Assembly (NCBI GenBank): GCA_963776245.1
Contig: CAVZLN010000003.1
Coordinates: 448,001 to 512,000 of the forward strand
Origin: Candidatus Eiseniibacteriota bacterium
GTDB taxonomy: Bacteria; Eisenbacteria; RBG-16-71-46
Length of the DNA stretch: 64,000 nucleotides
Direction of reading: 5' to 3'
Shown here one piece after another: positions 30,755 through 40,284 of this stretch; position 1 is the stretch's first letter, and the number at the start of each line of letters is the position of its first letter. The notes beneath the pieces were generated by a model, which made no database searches, was not told where the DNA came from, and was given only the letters and a program-made list of their open reading frames with translations. The position numbers were made by a program, and so were the translations under genes.

Positions 30755-33052
30755 TCATTCCGCCATCATCCGCGCGGCCGCGACGGCCGCCTGCCCGAGG
30801 CTCACTCCACCGTCGTTGGGCGGCACCTGCCGGTGCACCAGCACCTCGTGGCCCGCGCCCGCGAGCGCCCGCGCGGCCCCCTCGAGCAGCCGGCGGTTCT
30901 GGAAGCATCCCCCGCTCAGCACCACCCGGGTCACGTCCGTCGCGTGCGCGACCTCCGTCATCCCCTGGATCATCGCGCCGTGGACGCGGGCCGCCATGAT
31001 ACCTCGCGCGACGCCGCGCGCGAGATCGGCCAGGACGGCCGCGACCAGCGGGCGCCAGTCGAGGGTCCCGGGCCCGCCGGCCGCGCCGGGCACCCACGCC
31101 ATGGGATAGGCCCCGTGATCGCCGGGGTCGGCCGCGTGCTCGAGCGCGATCGCCGCCTGACCCTCGTAGGTGACGCGCGGATGGAGCCCGAGGAGCGCCG
31201 CGAGCCCGTCGAACAGCCGCCCGGCGCTGGTGGTGACCGGGGCATGGAGCCCGCGCGCCAGCATGCGTCCGAGCACCGCGCGCTCCCTCGGGCCGAACGA
31301 TGCGACCGGCGCGAGGTCGTCCCGCTCGAGCGCCGCGTCGCCGAGGTGCTCCCAGAGCAGCGCGAGTGCGGTGCGACGCGGCTCGCGCACGGCCGCCTCT
31401 CCGCCCGGCAGACGGAAGGGCGCGAGGTGCGCGACGCGCGTGAAGCCCGCCGCGTCGCCGTGCAGGAACTCGCCGCCCCAGATCACGCCGTCCAGGCCGT
31501 AGCCGGTGCCGTCCCAGACGATCCCGAGCGCGGGCCCATCCGCGCCGTGCTCGGCGAGGCACGACGCGAGGTGCGCGTGGTGGTGCTGCACGCCGACCCG
31601 CCGCGCGTCCGCCCACCGCGCGCCCGCCTCACAGGCCCAGCGCGTGCTGGCGTAGTCCGGGTGCAGATCGTGGGCGATCGCCACCGGACGCGCCCCGTAG
31701 ATCGCCAGGAAGTCGGCGATCACGCGTTCGAACGCCGCCTCGGCCTCGGGCGTCTCGAGGTCGCCGATGTGCTGGCTGACGAACACCTGCCGTCCGAGCG
31801 CCAGCGCCACGGTGTTCTTCAGCTGCGCGCCGACCGCGAGCACCGTCGGCCACTCCCGCGCCACGCGCACCGGCAGCGGCGCGAACCCGCGCGCCCGACG
31901 CAGCAGCCGGAACCCGCCGCACGCCATCCAGCCCACGCTGTCGTCCACGTGGCGCTCGATCGGACGATCGTGCACCAGGAACGACTCGGCGACGTGGCCG
32001 AGCCGCGCCAGTGCCTCGCGCTCGTCGATGGCGATCGGTTCGTCCGTGAGATTGCCGCTGGTGGCCACCACCGGGCGTCCGACGGCGCGCAGCAACAGGT
32101 GATGGAGCGGGGTGTAGGCCAGCATCACGCCCACGGTCGCCAGTCCCGGAGCCACGCCGGCGGCGATCGGGGCGCCGGCCCGCCGTGGCAGCAGCACGAT
32201 CGGCGCCGCGCTCGAAGACAGCACGGCCGCGGCCGGGTCGCTCACCTCGGCGAGCGTGTGCACCTGCCCGAGGTCGCGGCACATCACGGCGAGCGGCTTC
32301 TGCTGGCGCGCCTTGCCCGCGCGCAGCCGGTCGACCGCGGCGCCGTCCGCGGCGTCGCACATCAGGTGGAAGCCCCCCAGTCCCTTGACCGCGACGATGC
32401 GCCCCGCGCGCAGCGCCGCCGCGGCGCCCGCGAGCGCCTCGTCGCCCACGGCCTGCACCGCGCCCCGTCCGTCCCACAGCGCGAGCCGCGGTCCGCACGC
32501 GGGGCAGGCGATCGGTTGCGCGTGGAAGCGGCGGTCGAGCGGGTCCTCGTACTCGCGGCGACAGTCCGCGCATGGCGTGAAGTCACGCATGGTGGTGCGG
32601 GGGCGGTCGTAGGGCAGCGCGCGGATGATCGAGAAGCGCGGGCCGCAGTCGGTGCAATTGGTGAACGGATAGCCGTGGCGGCGCTCGCGCGGGTCGAGCA
32701 CCTCGGCGAGGCACGCGGCGCAGGTCGCCAGCTCGGGCAGCATCACCGTGCTCCGCTCGCCGCCGGCGTCGCTGGCCCGGATCTCGAACCCGGCGAGGCC
32801 CGCCGCGGGCATCCATGCGTGCTCGAGCGCGTCCACGCGCGCCGCCGGCGGAGCCTCCGCGCCCACCCGCGCGAGGAAGTCCTCGAGCGCGGCGCGCGGC
32901 CCCTCGACCTCGGCCAGCACGCCCCGGGCGCCGTTCGCCACCCATCCGGCGAGCGAGAGGTCCGCGGCGAGACGGAAGATGAAGGGGCGGAAGCCCACCC
33001 CCTGCACCGCGCCATGGACCTCGACGCGCAGGCGGGCGGGGCCGGGGGGCAA
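30755..33052 (-). CDS. hypF: Carbamoyltransferase HypF
   Basis: GAVQGVGFRPF, two Cys zinc fingers, KGLGGFHL, QHHHAH, PPNDGGVSLGQ. Confidence 0.97.
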   Translation of the reverse strand: MPPGPARLRVEVHGAVQGVGFRPFIFRLAADLSLAGWVANGARGVLAEVEGPRAALEDFLARVGAEAPPAARVDALEHAWMPAAGLAGFEIRASDAGGERSTVMLPELATCAACLAEVLDPRERRHGYPFTNCTDCGPRFSIIRALPYDRPRTTMRDFTPCADCRREYEDPLDRRFHAQPIACPACGPRLALWDGRGAVQAVGDEALAGAAAALRAGRIVAVKGLGGFHLMCDAADGAAVDRLRAGKARQQKPLAVMCRDLGQVHTLAEVSDPAAAVLSSSAAPIVLLPRRAGAPIAAGVAPGLATVGVMLAYTPLHHLLLRAVGRPVVATSGNLTDEPIAIDEREALARLGHVAESFLVHDRPIERHVDDSVGWMACGGFRLLRRARGFAPLPVRVAREWPTVLAVGAQLKNTVALALGRQVFVSQHIGDLETPEAEAAFERVIADFLAIYGARPVAIAHDLHPDYASTRWACEAGARWADARRVGVQHHHAHLASCLAEHGADGPALGIVWDGTGYGLDGVIWGGEFLHGDAAGFTRVAHLAPFRLPGGEAAVREPRRTALALLWEHLGDAALERDDLAPVASFGPRERAVLGRMLARGLHAPVTTSAGRLFDGLAALLGLHPRVTYEGQAAIALEHAADPGDHGAYPMAWVPGAAGGPGTLDWRPLVAAVLADLARGVARGIMAARVHGAMIQGMTEVAHATDVTRVVLSGGCFQNRRLLEGAARALAGAGHEVLVHRQVPPNDGGVSLGQAAVAAARMMAE

Positions 33053-33055
33053 TTC

Positions 33056-34117
33056 CTACCTCCAGCCCTCGCGCACCGCGCGCTCGTAGGCGGGCCAGTA
33101 CGGGTCGGCCTCCGGCGCGTCGATGCGCCGCACCGTGCCGTCCGGCTCGGTGAGCCACAGCACGCCGCCGCCCTTCAGCACCTCGCCCACCTCGGCCGCC
33201 TCGATCCCGCTGGCGCGGAGCGAATCGAGCAGCGCCACGACCGCGTGCGGACGCACCGTGGCGATGAGCGTGCCGGTGGACAGCGCCCAGCCGGGGTCGG
33301 CGATGCCGAACACCTCGCACACCGCGCGCACCTCGGCGGCGATCGGAAGGCGCGCGCGTTCGACGCGCAGGTCGCCGCCACACGCCTGCGCCAGCTCCAC
33401 CAGGCCGCCGAGCACGCCGCCCTCGGTGGCATCGTGCAGCGCGGTCACGCCGTGCTCGCGCACCCCCACGCGCACCGCGGCGCGGCAGTCCTCGACCACG
33501 CTCACGCGCGGCAGCAGCGCGCGCACGCGCTCGAGCGCCTCGGGCTCGAGCACCGTCGCCAGGCGCTCCGGGAACAGCTGCGCGGCGACCGCCGCGGTCT
33601 CGATCGCGCAGCCCTTGGTGACCACGATGCGGTCCCCGGCGCGCGCCATGGACGGCGAGATCCAGCGGCCCTCGTCCCCGACGCCCACCAGGGTCGCGGC
33701 GCCGACGATCGACAGGTCGCAACCGTCGTAGCGGCCGGTATGACCGGTGACCACCGCGACGCCGAGGCGCGCCCACTCCTCGCTCATCGCCTCCCAGTAG
33801 GCCTCGAAGATGGCGTCGTCGAGCCGTGGCGAGAGCGCGAAGGACACCGAGGCGTAGGCGGGCGGGATCCCGGTCGTCCACAGGTCGGAGGCCAGCAGAT
33901 GGCAGGACATGCGCGCCGACCGCGCCGGTCCGAGCGCGGGGATGAGCGAGAGCGGATCGGTGGTCATCGCCATCACGCGGCCGGCGCCGACGCGCACGAT
34001 CGCCGCGTCGCAGCCCGGCTTCGGCCCCGCCAGCACCTCGGCGCGCGGGGCGCCGAGACCGGAGGAGACGATGCGGGACAGCACCTCGGGAGCGACCTTG
34101 CCCAGTCGGGGTTCCAT
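33056..34117 (-). CDS. AIR synthase (PurM-like) family protein
   Basis: LGKV, GCDAA, TTDP, GHTG, LHDATEGG, STGTL; lacks the HypE C-terminal PRIC. Confidence 0.85.
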   Translation of the reverse strand: MEPRLGKVAPEVLSRIVSSGLGAPRAEVLAGPKPGCDAAIVRVGAGRVMAMTTDPLSLIPALGPARSARMSCHLLASDLWTTGIPPAYASVSFALSPRLDDAIFEAYWEAMSEEWARLGVAVVTGHTGRYDGCDLSIVGAATLVGVGDEGRWISPSMARAGDRIVVTKGCAIETAAVAAQLFPERLATVLEPEALERVRALLPRVSVVEDCRAAVRVGVREHGVTALHDATEGGVLGGLVELAQACGGDLRVERARLPIAAEVRAVCEVFGIADPGWALSTGTLIATVRPHAVVALLDSLRASGIEAAEVGEVLKGGGVLWLTEPDGTVRRIDAPEADPYWPAYERAVREGWR

Positions 34118-34177
34118 CCGCGCACTCTAGCAGGCCGCTCAAGCGCCCGATCGCCGGACGCGCCGCGGGGCCCGCGC

Positions 34178-34849
34178 TCAGCGATCGAGCGAGCGCTCGT
34201 CGATCACGCCCTGCGCCGCGCCGTCGGCCAGCAGCCAGGCCACGGCCCGCCCGGTCCGTTCGGCGGCAGGCCCGTCGGCGCCACCGAGCGCGGCGGTGGT
34301 GAGGACGAAGAACTCGGTGCCGGGTCGCGCCGCGCCGCGCAACAGCGTCACCAGCCCTTCGGCGAAGACGCGCCCGAGCGCGAGCGCGTCCGGGCGGTCC
34401 CCGTCGCGCGGCGGCGCGGCGAGCATCGCGACCCGCTTCACCGGCGCCGCGCCGTTGAGATGGCGCAGCAGGCCGAGCACGAACAGTCCGGGGGCGGCGG
34501 TGTTGCCACGCAGCGCGGCGTGCGCCGACTCGGCGTCGAGCGTGTTGAGCCAGCCGTCGCCGGGCACGGCATGCGCCGACACCAGATGATCGATGCCGCC
34601 GAACTCCCGCCGCGCCACCGCGGCGATGCGCGCCAGCGTGGCCGGATCATCGGGCGCGCCGGTGGCGGTGCGCAGATGGGGGACGGTCTCGGGGTCCATG
34701 TCGAGGTAGAACCGCTCGGCCGCCTCGTCCGAGGCCACCGGCACCACCACCCGGGCGCCCGAGAAGAGCAGCGTGCGCGTCACCGCGGCGCCCGCGCCGG
34801 CGGCCCCGCCACTCACCGCGACGACCTGGTCCTTCAGCCGTGGAAGCAT
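34178..34849 (-). CDS. SDR-like NAD(P)-binding protein
   Basis: LKDQVVAVSGGAAGAG, FGGIDHLV; no YxxxK seen. Confidence 0.65.
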   Translation of the reverse strand: MLPRLKDQVVAVSGGAAGAGAAVTRTLLFSGARVVVPVASDEAAERFYLDMDPETVPHLRTATGAPDDPATLARIAAVARREFGGIDHLVSAHAVPGDGWLNTLDAESAHAALRGNTAAPGLFVLGLLRHLNGAAPVKRVAMLAAPPRDGDRPDALALGRVFAEGLVTLLRGAARPGTEFFVLTTAALGGADGPAAERTGRAVAWLLADGAAQGVIDERSLDR

Positions 34850-34983
34850 GCGGTCCCCTTTCGACCGCGGAAGTCTCGCACAGACGGCGGCGCTCCAGCG
34901 AGCGGTCGCGGCGTGGCGCGCGGAGACGGGGAGCCGGCCGGCGAACGCCGCGCGGGGGGTTCCCGGGGAGACGCCCGGGGGGA

Positions 34984-36300
34984 CTACCGGCGCATCCGCC
35001 AGACCAGCAGCGGCGGCGTGAGCAGGGTGGTGAGGACCACCATGATGACCACCGCCGAGTACACCGCGTCGCCCACCACGCGCTCGCCGGCGATGGTGAG
35101 CGTCGCGCCGATGCTGGCGAAGATCAGCCCGACCTCGCCGCGCGGGATCATGCCGAGCCCGACCGCCAGCCGGTCGGCGCCCGGCTCGAGCACCCCGAGC
35201 GAGCACGCCTGCTTGCCGACCACCGCGGCCACCGTGAGCGCGGCGGCGAACCCGAGCACGGCGGTGTTCGCGAACACCGACAGATCCACGCGCAGCCCCA
35301 TGAGCACGAAGAACACCGGCACCAGGAACGTGGCCAGCGGCTTGATGAGCTGGTGGATGCTGCGCCGTTCCGCATCGCGCGCGCGCAACTCGACGTAGTG
35401 CGCGTCCTCGAGGATGAGCCCGCCCGCGAACGCGCCGACGATGGGCGCAAGTCCGACCACCTGGGCGAGCCACGCGAACGCGAAGCAGAACCCGAGCGCG
35501 AGCGAGAGCAGCACGCCGTCGCCCCGGAGCTGATTGCCGAGCCGGAACACGGTGCGCGAGAGCCCGCGGCCCACGACCAGGGCGACCAGCAGGAAACCGA
35601 ACGCCTTGGCGCTGATCCACACCGCCTGGACCGGCTGGAACGCGCCGCCGTGGTCCACCGCCTGGATGATCCCCGAGACCACGGCGAGCACGATCAGCCC
35701 GAGCACGTCGTCGATCACGGCCGCGCCCAGGATGATGCGGCCCTCGACGCTGCTGGCCCGGCCGATGTCGGACAGTACGCGCGCGGTGATCCCCACGCTG
35801 GTGGCGCTCAGCGTCGCGCCCACGAACCAGTGAGTGAGTGGGTCGTGGGTGGGGAAGAAGAGCCGCGAGGTGCCCCAGCCCAGCACCATCGGCGCGACCA
35901 CGCCGAGCATGGCGACCAGGAACGCCGACGCGCCTACCTTGCGCATCGTGGTCACGTCCGACTCGAGCCCGACCTCGAACAGCAGGAAGAGCACGCCCAG
36001 CTGCGCCAGCACGTCGAGCATCGGGAGCCCGCGCAGCACGTCGAACCCGTGGAACCCCGCCAGGCCGAGGTTGCCCAGCAGGATCCCCGCGCCGAGCTCG
36101 CCCAGCACCGCGGGCTGGCCGAACCGCTCGAACAGCGAGCCGCCGAGACGCGCCCCGACCAGGATGAGCACCAGTGCGAGCAGCAGGGGCCCGATATCCA
36201 CTCCGCCCGAACCGGAGGACGCCCACGCCACGCCGGCGGCGAGCAACCACCCGCCGGCGATCGGCAGGAACAGGGCGCGGGACGGTCGGCGGAGGCGCAT
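34984..36300 (-). CDS. Cation:proton antiporter (CPA2, NapA/Kef type)
   Basis: GQPAVLGEL, GLES, ATSVGIT, AAVIDDVLG, GMIPRGEVG. Confidence 0.92.
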   Translation of the reverse strand: MRLRRPSRALFLPIAGGWLLAAGVAWASSGSGGVDIGPLLLALVLILVGARLGGSLFERFGQPAVLGELGAGILLGNLGLAGFHGFDVLRGLPMLDVLAQLGVLFLLFEVGLESDVTTMRKVGASAFLVAMLGVVAPMVLGWGTSRLFFPTHDPLTHWFVGATLSATSVGITARVLSDIGRASSVEGRIILGAAVIDDVLGLIVLAVVSGIIQAVDHGGAFQPVQAVWISAKAFGFLLVALVVGRGLSRTVFRLGNQLRGDGVLLSLALGFCFAFAWLAQVVGLAPIVGAFAGGLILEDAHYVELRARDAERRSIHQLIKPLATFLVPVFFVLMGLRVDLSVFANTAVLGFAAALTVAAVVGKQACSLGVLEPGADRLAVGLGMIPRGEVGLIFASIGATLTIAGERVVGDAVYSAVVIMVVLTTLLTPPLLVWRMRR

Positions 36301-36397
36301 GGCGAGGGTTTGTATCGCATCCGCGCGCGCAGGTCGAGCGGCGCGGCCGGGGCGCGACGACGATCCGCTCGCCGTCCCGCCCCGGTGCGGCGCCGTG

Positions 36398-36760
36398 CTA
36401 CCTCACGATCACCCGGCCCTTGATCATGTTCATCGCGCACGCGTATTCGAGCGTCCCCGGCTGGGAGGGCGTGAACGTCACCTCGACGGCCTGGTCGAGC
36501 GGCAGCGCCTGCCGGATGTCCATGGCCGGCATCACCATCTCGGTGGCGCACGTCTTGTCGGTCCGGCGCGTGACCACCAGCGTCACCGGCTGGCCCGCGG
36601 CGACGGTCACCTCGGCCGGCACGAAGCCCGCTTCGGTGACCGAGATCGCCACCGGGCCGTCCGTCGCACCGCCGGCGGCGCCCGTCTTCGCGCCGCCGCA
36701 GCCCGCCACCAGCGCCGCGGTGATCGCGGCGGCCACCAGCATCCAGGTCATCTTCTTCAT
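36398..36760 (-). CDS. Cupredoxin-domain lipoprotein (CupA-like copper-binding)
   Basis: VAGC lipobox, GFVP, CATEMVM, YACAMNMIKG. Confidence 0.82.
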   Translation of the reverse strand: MKKMTWMLVAAAITAALVAGCGGAKTGAAGGATDGPVAISVTEAGFVPAEVTVAAGQPVTLVVTRRTDKTCATEMVMPAMDIRQALPLDQAVEVTFTPSQPGTLEYACAMNMIKGRVIVR

Positions 36761-36780
36761 GGAGGTCTCCCTTCGCCTTC

Positions 36781-39700
36781 TCACGGCGCCGTCCGGGCCG
36801 CGCGCTGTTCGCGCTTCCACTGGGCATGACGCCAGTACGTGTACACCACCGGGATGATCTCGAGCGTGAGGAACGCCGAGGTGAACAGGCCGCCCACCAT
36901 CGGGGCGGCGACACGCTTCATGACGTCGGCGCCGGCGCCCTGGGACCACAGCAGGGGGACCAGTCCGATCATCATGGTGGCGACGGTCATGAGCTTCGGG
37001 CGCACCCGCTGGACCGAACCGTCGAGGGTCGCCTCCACGATGTCGTCGAGCCCGCGGATCCGGCCCGCGGCCTTGCGCTTGAGATAGGCGCCGTCGCAAT
37101 ACACCACCATCACCACGCCGGTCTGCGTCGCCAGCCCCACCAGCGCGATGATGCCCACCCACGAGGCGGTGGAGAGGTGGTGGCCGAGCGCGGCCATCAA
37201 CCAGACGCTGCCGACCAGTGCGAACGGCACCGCGGCGAGCACGATCATCGCCTGCGCCAGATTGCCGAACGCGAGGTAGAGCAGCACCACCACGATCACC
37301 AGCGTGAGCGGCACCACGATGCGCATGCGCGCCTGCATCTGCTGGAGCAGCTCGTACTGTCCCGTCCACCGGAGCGTATAGCCGGGCGGGACGCGCACCT
37401 GGCGCGCGACCACGCGCTTGGCCTGGTCCACGTACGAGCCGATGTCCTGCCGCGCCGCGTCCATGTCCACGTACACGTAGCCGGTGAGCATGCCGCTCTC
37501 GTCGCGGATCATGGGTGGACCGGTGACGATGCGGATGTCGGCGAGCTGGCCGAGCGGGACGTGCGGCCCGCCGGTCTCGGTCCAGCGCCCGGAATCGAGC
37601 CGCACGGGCGGGCCCGCCGGTGCCGGCGCGTCCCCCGGGCCGCCCATCGGCGCGCCGCCGCCGCTCATCCCGCCGCCCGGGGGCGTGCCGCCGCGGCGCG
37701 TGTCGCCCCCTCCCATGCCGCCCATGGACTGGGCGAGGTCGTCCGCGCCGGCGTCCGAGAGCCCGGCGCTCGCGAGCAGTCCGCCCGCCTCGGTCGCGGG
37801 CGCGACGCCCATCGTGCCACCCATGGCGCCGGACGGCGCCGCGCCCCCGCCCTTCAGCGGCACCAGCACGCGGCGCAGGTGGTCGAGGTCCTGGCGCAGG
37901 TCCGCCGGGTAGCGCACGTTGATGGTGAACCGGTCACGCCCCTGGATGGCGACCTCGATCGGCTGCCCGCCCACCGCGGCCTCGATGACGTCCTGCACCT
38001 CGCCCATCGTCAGGCCGTAGCGCGCCAGCGCCTCGCGGCGCGGGATGATGTCGAGGTAGAAGCCGCCCGTGTTGCGGTCGGAGTACACGCTCCGGGTGTT
38101 CGGCACCGCCCCGATCGCGCGTTCCAGATCCATGCCGATGCGCTCGATGGTGTCGAGATCGGCCCCGAACACCTTCACCCCGATGGGGGTCCGGATGCCG
38201 GTCGAGAGCATGTCGATGCGCGTCTTGATCGGCATGGTCCACGCGTTGGTCCAGCCGGGCATCTGGACCGCGCGATTGAGCGCCTCGGTCAGCTCCGTGG
38301 GCGTCATGCGGTGGCGGTCGGGCCATGCCACCCGCAGCGCCGGATGGGTCCATCCGGGCGCGCGGCCGCTCCACCAGCGGTGCGTCGGGACCTCGCGCCA
38401 CTGCTCGCGCGGGCGCAGTTTCACCACGGTCTCCACCATCGACAGGGGCGCGGGGTCGGTGGCGGTCTCGGCCCGGCCGGCCTTGCCGAAGACGGTCTCC
38501 ACCTCGGGGAACGAGCGGATGATGCGGTCCTGCACCTGCAGGTTGTGCTTCGCCTCCTCGATCGAGATGTTCGGGAACGTGGTCGGCATGTAGAGCACGT
38601 CGCCTTCGTTGAGCGGAGGCATGAACTCGTGCCCGAGCCGCATCGCCATCGGCACCGCCGAGAGCACCGCGGCGAGCCCGATGGCGAGGGTGGTGCGCGG
38701 GTTCTTGAGCGCCACCCACGCGAACGGGCGGTACACCGCGATCATCGCGCGCGAGACCGGGTGGTCCTTCTCGTGGCGGATGCGCCCGCGGATGAACAGC
38801 GTCATCAGAGCGGGCGCCAGGGTGACCGAGACCAGCGCCGCGAACGCCATCGCGAAGGTCTTGGTGTAGGCCAGCGGCTTGAACAGCCGCCCGGCCTGGC
38901 CGTTGAGCGCGAAGATCGGCAGGAACGCGACCGTGATGATGAGCAGCGCGAAGAAGATGGGCGGGCCCACCTCCTTGGCCGCATCGATCAGCACCCGGCG
39001 CCGGTCCGCGCCGGGCGGCGCCGATTCGAGGTGCTTGTGCGCGTTCTCCACCAGCACGATGGCCGCGTCCACCATCGCCCCGACGGCGATGGCGATGCCG
39101 CCGAGACTCATGATGTTCGAGTTGATGCCGAGGAAATGCATCGGCACGAACGCCAGCGCCACCGCCACCGGCAGCGAGAGCACCGGCACCAGCGTGCTGC
39201 GCACGTGGAGCAGGAAGACGAAGATGACCAGGCTCACCACGATCCCTTCCTCGAGCAGGGTGTGGCGCAGGGTCTCGATGGCGCGGCGGATGAGGTCGGA
39301 GCGGTCGTACACGATGCGCAGCTCGACGCCGGGCGGGAACGACGAGCGCACGTCGCGCAGGCGCTGCTTCACGCGCTCGATGACCTGGAGCGCGTTCTCG
39401 CCGTAGCGCATCACCACGGTGCCGCCGACCGCTTCGCCCTCGCCGTCGAGCTCCGCGACCCCGCGGCGGATGTCGGGACCGAAGCTGACCCGGCCCACGT
39501 CGGCGATCCGCACCGGGGTGCCGGTGGCGCGGTCCACCCCGAGCGCCACCTGGCGCAGGTCGCCGAGGTCCTTCACGTACCCGCGTCCGCGCACGAAGTA
39601 CTCGCGTCCCGACATCTCGATCACGCGCCCGCCGACGTCGGCGTTGCTGCGCCGGATCGCGGAAGTCACGTCGGCGAGCGAGAGGCCGTGGGCGTGCAGC

Positions 39701-40284
39701 CGCGCCGGGTCCACCTCGACCTGGTACTGGCGCTGATAGCCGCCCACCGAGGCCACCTCGGCCACGCCGGGGACGCTCGCCAGCGCGTAGCGCAGGTTGA
39801 AGTCCTGGAACGTGCGCAGGTCGGCGAGGTCGTGCTTCCCGGTCTTGTCCACCAGCGCGTACTGGAACACCCAGCCCACCGAGGTGGCGTCGGGCCCGAG
39901 GACCGGGCTCACTCCCCGCGGCAGCCGGTCGCGGATGGTGCTCAGGTACTCGAGCACCCGGCTGCGGGCCCAGTAGAGGTCGGTGCCCTCCTCGAAGATG
40001 ACGTAGATGAAGCTCATCCCGAACATCGACTGGCCACGCACCGCCACCACCCGGGGCGCCGCGAGCAGCGACGAGACCACCGGGTAGGTCACCTGGTCCT
40101 CGACCAGGTCGGGGCTCCTGCCCATCCACTCGGTGAAGACGATGACCTGCGGGTCGGACAGGTCGGGGATGGCGTCGAGCGGCACCTTCTTCACCGCCAC
40201 CAGCGCGGCCGCCAGCACCAGCACGGTGGCGATGATGACCGCCGCGCGATGGGTGGCACAGGTCTCGATGACGCGCCCGATCAT
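36781..40284 (-). CDS. cusA: CusA-type Cu(I)/Ag(I) RND efflux permease
   Basis: PLDAIPDLSDPQVI, LGPDAT, LYMPTT, PLSMVET, RIDML, RVRPKLMT. Confidence 0.93.
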   Translation of the reverse strand: MIGRVIETCATHRAAVIIATVLVLAAALVAVKKVPLDAIPDLSDPQVIVFTEWMGRSPDLVEDQVTYPVVSSLLAAPRVVAVRGQSMFGMSFIYVIFEEGTDLYWARSRVLEYLSTIRDRLPRGVSPVLGPDATSVGWVFQYALVDKTGKHDLADLRTFQDFNLRYALASVPGVAEVASVGGYQRQYQVEVDPARLHAHGLSLADVTSAIRRSNADVGGRVIEMSGREYFVRGRGYVKDLGDLRQVALGVDRATGTPVRIADVGRVSFGPDIRRGVAELDGEGEAVGGTVVMRYGENALQVIERVKQRLRDVRSSFPPGVELRIVYDRSDLIRRAIETLRHTLLEEGIVVSLVIFVFLLHVRSTLVPVLSLPVAVALAFVPMHFLGINSNIMSLGGIAIAVGAMVDAAIVLVENAHKHLESAPPGADRRRVLIDAAKEVGPPIFFALLIITVAFLPIFALNGQAGRLFKPLAYTKTFAMAFAALVSVTLAPALMTLFIRGRIRHEKDHPVSRAMIAVYRPFAWVALKNPRTTLAIGLAAVLSAVPMAMRLGHEFMPPLNEGDVLYMPTTFPNISIEEAKHNLQVQDRIIRSFPEVETVFGKAGRAETATDPAPLSMVETVVKLRPREQWREVPTHRWWSGRAPGWTHPALRVAWPDRHRMTPTELTEALNRAVQMPGWTNAWTMPIKTRIDMLSTGIRTPIGVKVFGADLDTIERIGMDLERAIGAVPNTRSVYSDRNTGGFYLDIIPRREALARYGLTMGEVQDVIEAAVGGQPIEVAIQGRDRFTINVRYPADLRQDLDHLRRVLVPLKGGGAAPSGAMGGTMGVAPATEAGGLLASAGLSDAGADDLAQSMGGMGGGDTRRGGTPPGGGMSGGGAPMGGPGDAPAPAGPPVRLDSGRWTETGGPHVPLGQLADIRIVTGPPMIRDESGMLTGYVYVDMDAARQDIGSYVDQAKRVVARQVRVPPGYTLRWTGQYELLQQMQARMRIVVPLTLVIVVVLLYLAFGNLAQAMIVLAAVPFALVGSVWLMAALGHHLSTASWVGIIALVGLATQTGVVMVVYCDGAYLKRKAAGRIRGLDDIVEATLDGSVQRVRPKLMTVATMMIGLVPLLWSQGAGADVMKRVAAPMVGGLFTSAFLTLEIIPVVYTYWRHAQWKREQRAARTAP

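Noticed and set aside
33056..34117. Second hypE
   Set aside because: Lacks the C-terminal PRIC cysteine that HypE requires
29873..35398. 1841-aa plus-strand ORF and similar long ORFs (8151-11252, 36826-40299, 53951-56830, 26714-29362)
   Set aside because: Antisense shadows of well-supported genes; Arg/Ala/Gly-rich with no motifs, as expected in very GC-rich DNA
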